Assembly: GCA_002269645.1 (NCBI GenBank)
Contig: NIVC01001052.1
Location: 1-64,000, forward strand
Reading direction: 5' to 3'
Source: Macrostomum lignano
Lineage: Eukaryota
DNA: 64,000 bases
Shown here piece after piece: positions 1 to 12,442 of the stretch. Numbering within the stretch: the stretch's first letter is position 1; each line of letters starts with the position of its first letter. Under the pieces are notes generated by a model. That model did not search any database, was not told where the DNA came from, and was given only the letters and a program-made list of their open reading frames with translations. Position numbers and translations under genes: made by a program.

Positions 1-408
1 ATAGCGGCGAGTTGAAATTTGAGCGTCGGACGCCCAGTTCGCAGTACGAAGGCGCGTTCACAGTTTGCACTCGTACGAGAAACGCCTGTTTATTAATAAA
101 CAATAGTTAACCGTTCTTGTGAAGCTCTAACTGAACTTGGGACTAAGTTTGGCTTTTGTTACACTGAGGCTAGTGCTTTGACCGTGCTTGGAGTTGTATT
201 CCAATTTCTTTTTTCCCTATGCCGAATTTCATTCCTAACTACTGAATGAGAATAGTGTTCGCGCGTTGTTGTGTTGTCTACTGTGAGTAGTATTTTCATA
301 TCTTATTATGCTTTGAGTCGAGAAATTGGTGTATTTTCGTATTGTTCTTATTGTTATACGAGTAGTAGTCTTACTAATTAATATGAAAGTTACGTGTTAA
401 AGAACCAG
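1..408 (+). other. Possible promoter / 5' non-coding exon of the zinc-finger gene
   Basis: CpG-normal region ending in a consensus donor CCAG|GTAAGT at 408/409; a matching acceptor TTTCAG lies at 12411, 31 nt before the ATG at 12443. Linkage is inferred, not shown. Confidence 0.3.
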
Positions 409-3400
409 GTAAGTTTGTTTACAATTAAACTGTTGGTCATAGTCTTAGGTATTTGAGCTACTAGGTCAGTACCGTCAGTAGTATGTAATGCTCTGATACT
501 CAATAACCCGTTGAGAACGTTACCGTGACAAGAATCGCTAGAGTCATTGTAAACAACTCACTTAGTAACTATGGTGATTCTTTTGAACGACTCAAACGAC
601 TGTTGTGCGACGGACAGGCGACTGTTTTAGTCACGATCGCATCACGTGAGTTGCAGAATCGTAGGAGTCGCAAACAGCCGTCCAAGGGTCGTTGAAACGC
701 TTAACTTTGTACTGAGTCAAGTAGACTAAATAGATTAGTTATAAACGCGAAATGCGAGATTTTAGTTCATAAAGTGACACAGATGCATTTTAGACGCAAC
801 TCAGTTATTCTACAAGGCGATTCTAGCCCACCCCAGAGTCGCTTCAGAGTTCAATGTTTTAATTAATTGAATTAGTTTTCATTAAACAATAAATAATGCT
901 TGGATTTTGTTATAAATCTCTATAAACCGAATTTATAGAAATTTGATTTGCTTTTGGCCTAAGTGGCTACAATTGACTAGTCTGGGCCAATAAAAGCATG
1001 CGCGAGTTCTTTTTACCTATTCCATTATAATTAATTATAATTATTTTTTGCTACTATATCAATACATCCAGCTATGGAGTGCAATTATTATTTATAACAA
1101 ACGGTGAAGGTTTCTAAGCATCATTTAGCTTCAATATCTATAATGGAATCTTTCTTTTTTGTAGTTGCGCCCTTACTAGTTTCAGCCTGTGTTTTTTGCA
1201 GTTAAAGTTGAGAATAAAACTGAATCTAACGTATTGTAATTTATGATTGGCTTTTTTGCTGTTTAGTTTTTTGTGTGCACAATTGAATCAACTCTCTTGA
1301 ATGCTTTTTTATCTCTTTTTGACGGCTTTAATTATCTGCATCTTATTAGTGAGATCTGACTCTCAGTTCCATACGATTGTCTTTGTTTATTATTTATTGC
1401 AAAATGAATTTTTTTACCAATTGTTTCAATAACCCAAGCAAGTTAAAGTTAAATAACGTTTTTTTACCTTTTCAACTCTTGGTTACTGATTGATTTTTTT
1501 CAATAAAATAATTAGTTCCTAAAACATCTACGAGTATCAAGAATTTGTTAGTGATCTGATTTGAAGTTTATTACAACTGAACTCGTTTCGCCATCTCTTG
1601 TGAAGCTGAATTTTCTTTTGTTGAGGTTTTTCGTCTTAAATTATTTATATGTTTACTTAGGCAAAAGTCTTAGAGAAAGGAAAGCTCTTCACGACTGATG
1701 ATAAACCAAAACAGTATTTACATATGGTAGTATTGTACAGTGAATCGACCTAGCATTTAATGAAATGTTGGTGTCCTCTAAGAAAGCTTTCCTTTGTATT
1801 TTATTCTGACCAGCTGACCAGCTCGTAAACCCGATTCCTGCAACGAACTGCTGCAGCCTGAAATTTTCTACATTTAGTTGACACAGATGTGGTTAATAAG
1901 CCACCTAAAACTACAGGTATCCGTGCCTAAAACTATTTAACTTTTAGGTCTGCGTGTCATCTGAAAAGGATAGAACCTTGGTTTATCTCTGCTGCCAATA
2001 CGCACTTAGGCATTCTAATACATTATGACCATAAGTCAGGATGCTAATACACGTTTAGATGTTGCATGATTTTTAATTAATAGTGATTACGTTTAACCAT
2101 TAATTAATAGTAAGTAATTGAATTGTATAGATTTTCTTAATTGTGTTTCTTTCCGTCCGACATTATGGGAAGTTAGATCTTAATTCAAAGTTAAGAAACT
2201 GCATAAAAAATAGCCATGTGAAAGGTGTTGTCTCAGTTTTCTTCGTTAAAAGAAAATAATTTGTCGGTGCTATTAAACACAAAATTCTGTTATACTGTTA
2301 ACGTAGTTTCTCGTAACGTTTAAAACTGCTAAAATGCAGATAAAATCATGTCCCCCCTTTTATACATTTTTATCCTGTTCGTGTTCGTGGCCAGGCACCG
2401 GCCACTGAAATGCGGTCAAGTGATTGATTGACTTCAATTGGCTGTGATGTAAAATAAAATGACTTATTAATGCACTAAGAATTTCTTCACTCTATTTTTG
2501 CCAGTCCTTTTTTAGTGCAATATGGTCTATACATAGGCCTACACCAACGATTTGCCATTTCGACTCATTTTCAACCAGATTTTTGGCCCATTTGGTGTCG
2601 TTTGGACTAGGATAACGGGTGCTAGTTTGAACTGCAGCTTTCATATATGTAGCAAGGACTACCCAAGTAAGATCTAAAAACCTCGTTTCTTGGAAAAAAT
2701 ATCAAGCGGGTTTTTGTAAAAAAAATAGGCTTAGCCTTGCACAACGAGGATAAGAAGTTTTCTGTTTTATAGCGCAGGAATTTTTATTGCTTTTGATAGC
2801 AGGCAGACCCAATTTTCACAATTTTCAAATGTTTAGGCATACAAGTGCACAAGTACAAACTTTGAGCCCTAGCCCTAGATAGGCCTAGGCCCCTATGCTT
2901 CTTGAATCTTTGACAAGACCACAGAACCACATTTTCATAGGCCTAGGCCCTAGGCCTAGTTAAACCTAAATTATTCAGTTTTTTATTGTTCTTTGATTTT
3001 GATCCAAGCTAGGCTTGCTCTAATAATCTAGATATAGGTTTCTTGTTAGGCCTAATACTAAGATAGTTAGGCCTAGGCCCCCTATGTTTAGAATCTAGTT
3101 TTAAGATATAATAATTAAATTTAAGATAGGTCCCTATATAATTTTAGTCAATTTTTTTGTTATAGGCTCTAGTAGGCCTAACTAAAGGCCTTGTTGGAAT
3201 AAATTTTGAAAACCTAGGGATTTGCACTTTAGAAAAGAGTCAAATTAATTTATTGGGCTTTAGGATTATTAGAAATGTTCCAAAAGAGATTTTTATGTCA
3301 AAATCAAAATTTGCTTTTTTTCCACAATTGAAACTGAAATTTGTTGTGTCTCTACACATGATCGAAACAGCCCCCTAAGAGCGCTCTGCAGTTATCGAGC

Positions 3401-4289
3401 CTAGAGATGGCGTCAGCCCATTGACCAGACTGACTCCGTAACTGAGCGTGGGGTCGCGTCGAGGTAGGGTAGTCAGTCCATCCCTGAGGTGTACAGTACC
3501 CACTTCGCACAAGGCCCAAATGAGTAATGAATGCAGGCGCAGGTCTTACTTTGATTTCCAATCTGCTTGACGATGGGCAAGGCAGCGAATTCATCAAATT
3601 TGTAGAACTGAGATTCTTGCCATTGAAGTTTGTAGGTTCTGAAGAGTGGTCTAGTGTCAGGCGTCAACCAGCGTGCTTGCCTTGCCCACCGCCAGCAATT
3701 CTCTATTTATTTGGATCGCAGTAAGCCCTAGGGTCTCACGCTAGACAGCATTATCAAAACCCAACTTATTGGCCAATCACCAATTGACAAGGCTAATAAA
3801 AGGGGGAGAAAGGGGCCAGACCAGCCAATCCGGCTGGGTACGCATAAAGAAAAGGGGGCAAAGCATAAGAGCTGATACACAACTGGGGGGGGGGTTAGCG
3901 CAGGCAGAAATGGGGGGGGGCTGACACAAACAGAATGGGGGGGGTGGTGCAGGCACGCGGCCAGGAAGGGTGGGAGTGCAATGCCGGGCGCACTTGACCG
4001 AGAGCCAGAGATTGCTCATCGGTGCAAGCGCACCCGGGCACAACAAATTTTCCAAAACAATTTTAGAAAAACAAAGTTTAGTATATATAACAGGCCTTTT
4101 AGCTCTTTTTAGAAATCCTACTAAGGCCTAATGCCACCAAAGTTGATGAATAATCCCACTGGTTAACCACCAAAGTTGTAACAGGGGTTATTTCTTTTTA
4201 CTGATCTTACTGGTTATTACTAGCCTTTTTACTGGTAGTATATGTATTTCTATTGGTAGCATATATACTTCTATTAGTAGCATATGTAC

Positions 4290-4588
4290 CATACATGCGC
4301 AACCTCCAAAATTCGGTCGGCCGTGCGACTTAGTTTTAACAAAAATGCGACATAGTTTTTGGCCAGAAATGCGACTTACATGTAAAAAAAACCCTAAAGC
4401 AAAATTAACGCAACTTTGGGTAAACGGCAGGAGTAACTATGACTGTCCTATTAACCCAAAATGCCTCGTCAGCTACTTAGTACTACTACTTAGGTATTTT
4501 TTCGGGTGGGCATTTTTGCGACTTCCTTGGTTGGTCACCAAATCAGTCGGCCGGATCGGCCGACTCGGCCGACTGTTGCGCATGTATG
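4290..4588. mobile_element. hAT-type MITE, family A (copy 1, CpG-intact)
   Basis: TIR CATACATGCGCAAC...GTTGCGCATGTATG; perfect 8-bp TSD ATATGTAC; second copy inverted at 41726-41986. Confidence 0.9.
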
Positions 4589-5515
4589 ATATGTACTCTT
4601 ATTAGTAGCGTCTATACTTTTTAGCCTAAGCAGTCTAATGGCACTGTCTATCCTATTCCTATACTCCTCTAAAGATATTATTCTCTCAGTCTTAGGTGTT
4701 CCTGGGATCAGAGGGTCACAGCTTATTTGCTAGGTATTCTGCACTAAAGCAGGTTTCTTAGACTCTGAGTCTAGACTTCTCTATCCTGTGGTAGGATTCC
4801 TGCCTTCTAAAGGCAATTTCTCGGATCCTAGATCTGGATGTCTCATTCTCTGAGAATGGACTGAACTCCTAATCTTGGGGCAACTCCTATGTCATTATCT
4901 ACTACTCAAAATAAGTAACACAAGTGATTATAAGCCTAAGGCTAATTTGAAGCTTGATCAATGTTCAAAACAATGGTACAAGACTAACAAACAAGAAAAG
5001 GTTCTTTATTTTGGCTCCTAGCTGACTCCTCACTCCTTTTTATAGTAAATTTTTTCCTATTATTTAAAATAAAGTATTAATACATAGAATATTCAGAATA
5101 TTTTGCATATAAGAAATATTTTTAATATTCACTTAGTATAACAACAGTAGTACATTTTTGAAATGCAACTTTTTCTAGGAAATTGTTATAAAAACTGGAG
5201 GCCTATTATATATAACCAACATTGACTTTTTTACTTTTGATTTACTGCTTATGCAAAATGAAATACATGTATGTATAGCAGAAATTGGTTTATTTTTAGC
5301 CACTTTTTTAGACACTTCCAAAAATTTCACTTTCTAATTTTTTTGAAATTAAAATTTGCTCTTAAAAATTCCAAATTTTGTAAAATTAAAATCAAAATTT
5401 TGGAAAATCTTTGAGCATTTTAAATGATAAGCATAGTTACCACACCTGTGCTATTTTAGTGCTACTGCACTATTTTGTTTTAGCTGTGCTACTGCGCTAC
5501 TGTGATCTTTAAAAT

Positions 5516-5687
5516 CATGCTTAGGCGCAACCTTGGGATTCACTCGGCCATTTCTATTGGCAACATACACATGTAAGTTGCTATTGGACGGAATAGTAGT
5601 CACAAGACTGCTCTTAGCCAATAGCGACTTACATGTGTGTGTTGCCAATAGAAACGGCTGGGTGATTCCTAAAGTTGCACATGTATG
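5516..5687. mobile_element. hAT-type MITE, family B (palindromic), sharing the family A terminus
   Basis: Ends CATGCTTAGGCGCAAC...GTTGCACATGTATG; 8-bp TSD TTTAAAAT; inverted copy at 8371-8574. Confidence 0.85.
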
Positions 5688-5707
5688 TTTAAAATGCTGT
5701 CAATTCT

Positions 5708-6484
5708 GTGTTAAGTGAGTTTTATAGTTACATAGACCAAGTCAACAGTGTTTCATCATCATTGGAGACCTTTTGCAGCTATATCCAGATATGCTTTGAC
5801 CAAGAAAATGTTGTTAATGAGACTAACTCTCTGTGTCTGTTAGACCTCGCCAATTGTGCCAAGGAATGCTCTAATCAGTTGGATAATGCAAGTCTGGTGA
5901 TTGGTGGCAAGACCTGTGAGACTGTTGACAGACTGTTGCCTATTGATTGCATTGGATTCTACAAGAGTGTTTACAATTTCTATTGTGAGTTAGTGCAGAG
6001 GCTTTTTTCACAACTGCCACTGCAGAACAATATCCTCCGAGCTCTTCACTTTGTCAACCCTGACTACCTTCTTGGAGAGGACTTTAACTTTGACAGAACC
6101 GTGTTAAGGGTTGCCAAATCTATGAGCACCATCATTGCAGTTGATGAGCCTGATGAGCTGCATCTCAAAGTCACCAGGTTGCATGCCTCAAACTAGGAGC
6201 TCAAAAAGTCAAATCCTGAGAAGTTCTGGTCATGCCTGCGCACTGTGACTTACCCACTGCTATCAAAGCTAAGGCGCAGTGCATGCTGCATCCTGCATGG
6301 TGATGCGGACAACAAACAGTTTTTAAAGTGGATAGACAATGACTTAACAAAGCAGCAGAACAAGCTTTCTGAGTTAACGCTCAACTCTCTACTCATTATT
6401 AAGACCTTGCTGAAGGCAAATTTGGCCACTGCACATACAGTCACAAACCAAATAAACCTAATTGCCAGCAGCTTTGAAGCCTGA
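5708..6484 (+). pseudogene. hAT transposase remnant (C-terminal dimerisation region)
   Basis: ORFs 5708-6196 and 6245-6484 are in one frame separated by a single TAG; EKFW...YPLLSKL...CILHGDADNKQF...QNKLSELTLNSLL resembles the hAT dimerisation motif FW..P.L..LA..L.iPhgnAd.ER.FS. Confidence 0.7.
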
Positions 6485-8370
6485 AGTAAAGCAGCTGATT
6501 GCACTCAATTAGAACAATGACAGCAGGCAATGAGGAGACTGCAGAAGAAGATAAAGGAACAGCGATTAAGATGCTATAGCAAAGATGGCACAAGAGGAAC
6601 AGCAGCAGCAGCAAGAGGATTTAGTGACACAGCAGCTGACTGTCAATGGGATTCGAAGGAAGGCACAAGAGGAACAGCAGCAGCAGCCTCACCTCCAGCA
6701 GGCCTCCAAGCAGCTCCAGACACTGGCTAGACCCCATCAGGGCTGGCCACCAGTGCTAGGCTATCAGGCATGTGGTGGAAGGTCCACTGGCCATGGACAC
6801 GAAAGTTGGAATTATGGCCCCACTGAGGTTGACGCTAGTAGACCTGGTGGCAGACTTGCCAACATGCCCTCTGCATAGTTGTGTGGCGATGTAGTGTGCA
6901 AGGCCCCTGTCCAGAGGCGAGCGAGACAGTGATGGCTGGCTGTGCCATGTTGCAGCCAGACCATTCCCGTAGGCCCAATGACCAGGGACCCAGCTGGGCC
7001 ATCAACAACAGCAACAGCAGCAGGAGGAGGATTTAGTGATGCAACAGCAGACTGTTGATGAGATGCAAAGGAAAGTGCCAGAAATTCTGGCAGCTGCATC
7101 AAGGGTGGAAGGGCATTGCAAAAATGGCTCAAGTGACAGAGCATGTCCAGTCAGCCTAGGGGCAGTAACAAAATTTTGCGAATCAAATGTGCCACTGCCG
7201 CTGGACCCTCTAAAATTGTACAAACTTCTTACTTTATTATGTTTTTAACTATCATTAGTTAAGTTTTTCTTGTATTGGTTTTGGAATTGCTCTGTGAAAA
7301 GCATCTGTCACAACATTCAGTTAAAATTCAAATTCAAACTAAGTTCTAACTCTCTGTCACCTCAGTTAATATAAAAGTCAAGCTAGCGAAAATGTCACTG
7401 TTCACTTCAATTTTATAAGCATCTTTAGTAAGTTAATCCTTTCCCTAAAGTTATCAAATATCCCTTGGCTATTTCTTGTCTAGGAGCTACTTGTAAAAAG
7501 TGTACATGTTTGAGCTATATGTATGTGTACTTGCTGTGCAAGTGTAATCCATCCAATTATCAGTAACAGGAATAAGTTTTATTTATTATTGTTTTGTTTC
7601 TTAAATAAATGGGTTAATGTAGCTTTTCAGTTTCCTAAGACTTGATTTACTATTATTTATTAATCCATGGTTACTGTTTAATAGTTACTTAACTTAACTT
7701 TAAAACTAATTATTTTATGCTTCACTAAATCTTTGGTGCTGCGCTAATATTCTTTTACTTTCCTATGGCAACTAGGCCACATAGGCCCCTTCCACAGAGG
7801 TATTAGACCCCCTTCCATGTATATTTATTTGCTAGAGCAGCAGCCAGCAAGAAAGGGCAGCATGCGCAAGCGCTGCGCACCTGTGCTTGCGCTGCACCTT
7901 AGAAAATTTTCAAAAGTGTGCTAGACACTATCCGCAGTTTTTATAACTTTTTTCTATAAGGACTAAAAGATACAAATAGCAAGATAGTTATTTCACAATT
8001 AACACATAAAACAAATACCATCTAAATTAAGTGAAAATAACAAAATTGCAATGCAAATTATAAGAGCTATTAAGTTTAAAAAGTAAAAAAACATGTCACA
8101 CATATTATTTATATATTATAGTAACTTATAATGGTTCTTGTCATTGACTTTAGTTAGCTTTAAGCTTATTTACATAAATAATTGTTAGACCTATTTATTA
8201 ATGTTAAATGAGCTTTCTTCCCTATGACCATAAAAATAACCAGTTTTTTTCCTATATACAGTGATTATAAATAACAGTTTTGCTATTGAATGATTATATT
8301 AAGTTAAAACCTTAAGCCCAAATAGTGTCTTATGTTTTGACTATAAAAATAACCATTTTGCTATTTATAT

Positions 8371-8574
8371 CATACATGCACAACCTTGGGAATCACCCGG
8401 CCATTTCTATTGGCAACACATACATGTAAGTCACTATTAGCTAAGAGCAGTCACATGATTACTATTCTATCAAATAGCAACTTATATATATATATATATA
8501 TATGTGTATGTGTGTGTATGTGGGTGTTGCCAATAGAAACAGCTGAGTAAATCCCAAGGTTGCATCCAAGCATG
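8371..8574. mobile_element. hAT-type MITE, family B (copy 2) with internal (TA)n/(TG)n expansion
   Basis: Inverted homologue of 5516-5687; TSD ATTTATAT/ATTTAAAT (1 mismatch). Confidence 0.8.
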
Positions 8575-9188
8575 ATTTAAATGGTCATTAATAATAACAA
8601 TTGCCATAGTTTTTATAAATATTCAATATGCACAATTCATATACTTAGGCCTATATGAAAGTAAAAGAAAAAATAAGATATGATAAATTGGATCTAATCA
8701 GTAATGTCTTTTGAGACTACTTTGTAAATATAATCTAGAAAGTCAAGATCATACATGCAAAATACCCAGCTGAGCTAGCTAATCCAGCCAACTGGCAAAG
8801 GCCCAGCCAAGATAAATTTGCAAAATTCCTACCTAAGATTATAGTTTTAATTAGTATATGGCAGTGCTTATTTACTCGTAGCTGGCATTAGTCAAATAAG
8901 CTAATCACTATTTAGCCAATAATCCTATCCTATTGCTAAGTCAAATTAATTAGCTATAACCTATATATGCAAACAACCTTTGCACTTGCGTGTTACAGAT
9001 AATATACTTGTAATTAGCTCCTCCAATCTAGTTCTATACCTCCCACAATCAATATGTTGCACATGTTATATAAATGTAAAATAAATAGACCTTTGATTAG
9101 TTTATATGCCATCATTTGCTCTGCTTGCCTAAATGCTACAAGACCTTAGGCTAGCTATACATGTACAGTTCTTTATAGTGCTTTAAAT

Positions 9189-11832
9189 TAGGGGGCGACC
9201 GGGACGGCCAAAGTCGGGCCCGGGTCGGGCCCGGGAATGAGGACTCGGGCCCGGGTCGGGCCTCGGGAATTCGGGACAAGATCTTTAGGACAGCTCAATA
9301 ATTGGAAAAAAATCATAATAAATCTTAATACTTTTAGCATATGCGGATTACTATTAAATATATAATAAATATATCAATATATTAAATTTAATATAATATA
9401 TTAAATGTATAATAAATATATGATAAACATTAAATATATTATAATATATAAATATATTAAATATATAATAATATATAAATATAATAAATATAATATATTA
9501 TATTAAATATAATAAATATTTAAATTTAAATATAATAAATATACAATAAATATTATTATTATTTAATACATTAGTTAAGACTTCAGAATAAGATAAGAGT
9601 TACATTAAAAGACTTAATACTCAAATATCAATATACTCAATAGTTCAAATTCAATGTCACTGTGTGAGTGTGTGGCACAAGTACTGTGTGTGTGCCAGTG
9701 ACAGTGATACTAACAAGCAGTGAGGTAGGCAAGCAGTCACTGCGGCAGTGCGGCTGGCACTGGCAGTGGCAGTAAGCAAAAGAAGAAAAGCTGAAGCATT
9801 AAGTGTAAGGCACTTGGCATTGGAAGCAGTAAGGAAGTAAGAACCAAATCAATTGATTGATTCTTTTATTTGAATTTTTAGTTCCTTTACATAGCTTCAA
9901 TGTAAAGAGCCATGTACACAGTCAGTATTCAGTAAGACAACAAGACAAGATAACAGAACAGAACACAAGTGAAGTGACAACACAACACAACACTCAACTG
10001 TCTCAACAGAACAGGCAAACAGACAATGGAAATACAAGTAATTAGCTGATACCTGCCTACCTGCTCACCTACCTACTTAAACGAATATGATTACGAATAC
10101 GATACTACAAGTCTACGACTACGACTACCTACGATACAAATATGAACACGATTACAAACTCTAATAGATAGCAAACTTCTTGGAAAAATGGTAGCCTTCT
10201 TGGAATGTAAATAGGAAATGTTATTTACAAAAGCTTAAAAATGACAAATAAACTTTTTAAAGAATCATATTTTTGCTTTTAGGCTGCAGCCTGCAGCGTG
10301 TAAAGTGGAATCAATATTGCAAAAAAAGTATTGCAAAACTATGTTTTAATTTTATCTTCCTGGAAAAAAATCCGATCTTCCTGGAAAGTGGAAACTGGCT
10401 GTGGCTGACGCTCACGGTCACAGACGCTCACGCTAAGAGCCTACTACGAATCAATGATATTGCTACTTCACATCATATCATCTAAATATACTAAATCTAT
10501 TACTATTTGCCGTTTGCCTTGCCTTAATTTATCAATAAAGTCCTTGCTTGCACAATTACATTGCCATTTTGTGTAATTTTACGAATAATTTTTTAGTCAA
10601 ATCAAAGTTTTACGCAATTGTCATTTGAGGAATTGACTCATTCATTTAGTCATTTGTCTTTTGCACGTGAACGTGTCATCAATCATAAGTCATGACTTAT
10701 GCAACTCTGGTCTGTCTGCTGTAGCCTGTAGCTCATAGGCGTCATAGCTGTAATTTTTAGCACTCCGTCTGTAGTCCGTCACTTATGGAGTCACGATCAC
10801 GACTCACGAGTCACTACACAATCACGAGTCACCGTCACGGTCAAAACAAAACTCGCGAATCACGAATCAGTCACAAGTCACGACTCACGCCTCAGACACG
10901 ATACGACTCCACTCCACGAGCCCAGAAAGTTCAAAGTCCAGTCCAGTCCACCCTCGGGCCTCGGCCTCCACTCAACTTCTCTTCTCCACTCCAGGAGTCC
11001 AGACGAAACGAAAGTGATAAAAAAGGAAAAAGTCAAAACTCAGAAGTCAGTAATCTTTTACGATGTCAATTTCAATAAATCGGTATCAGATATGATATCA
11101 CTATCAGTCTATCAGTATTACATATATATATATACATATATCTATATTGTATGTATATTGTATGATATGTATCATCAATTTTGAACAGTATGTAATTTTA
11201 TTGTCATACATGTACACTCAAAAATTCGAATCTGACTGTTTAGTTAAGTGAGTGGGTTACTTGACTCAAGCTCGAGTGGGAGTCAGGACTCAGGACAGGA
11301 GTCCAGCTGTCCAAGACTCAGGACGGTGACGGAACGGGAACGGGAGTCGGCATCGGCACTCGGACTTGGCAGCCTGGACCTGGACTGGACATCGGGAATC
11401 GGGATGGGAGCAGCACCAGACATCACTGAACTTCACGGACAGCCGGGGCAGGGCAGACAGGCTTGAGCTTGACTGACACCAGTCACCAGTGACAGTGAGT
11501 GACCGACAGCTTCATAGAATCACAGACCGCTCACAGTCAGGTCAGGTGAGGTCGAGGTGAGGTCAGTGACCGACCAGAGACAGAGATGCCTCATGCAGTC
11601 ATGCCTTGCAGTTGCAGTTGCATTTTCCTGGGGCATGAATTAAGGGTAAATTAGTGTGAATGTGTTGAAAAATAATTTTTTCTTATTCGCACGCGGTTAG
11701 TGCCTTTAGGGAAAAAAGACTTGTCCCGATTTCCCGACTTTTTTAGGGTCGGGCCCGGGCCCGGGTCGGGCCACGATTTTGGTCGGGATTCCCGACTTTT
11801 CGGGCCCGGGCCCGGGACTGGGTCGCCCCCTA
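9189..11832. mobile_element. Non-autonomous hAT element, 2.6 kb
   Basis: Perfect TIR TAGGGGGCGACC/GGTCGCCCCCTA, perfect 8-bp TSD CTTTAAAT (9181-9188, 11833-11840), clustered subterminal TCGGG/CCCGGG motifs at both ends; no long ORF. Confidence 0.92.
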
Positions 11833-12442
11833 CTTTAAATATTCATGCAGATAAGTAGACAACATTATAATATTTATTGAAACTGGTTTCATGCATATAT
11901 AATATGTACATGTGCATGTAATATTAATGCAATACTTTTCTTGCCACAGCAGTTTCCTTAATGCTTAGCAGTGTTTATAGTTTCATGTATTTTAGATACT
12001 CAAACATAGAATAATACAAAAATTTACAGCAAAAGAAATTTGTATAATATGCATATAGTATAATTTCATTATTTGCCTTTAAGTTCGTTTATTTGTTTTT
12101 AGAATTCTTGAATATTCTGGAAATTATTGTAGCACTGGGACTGGATACACAGAAATTAATTCAAAATTTATGCATGTTTTGATTTTCATTCTCATCTAAA
12201 TCTAAATTTCATCTTCCTGTTAAAGCATTATTAAAACATTATTAAATATTATCAAAATATTTTGTCCAAACTTGCAAACCCAAACCCAAACTTTCCTTAC
12301 CTAAGTACTGAGATTTCCTAGAGATAAAACTACTAATAGTAGTGTAAAAACTTAACCTCTGGTTGAACCCTCATACTTAAAAATAATAAGTTGATATTTA
12401 TAAAATTTCAGTTAAGTAAAAAAACATCTTCATAAATCGGTC

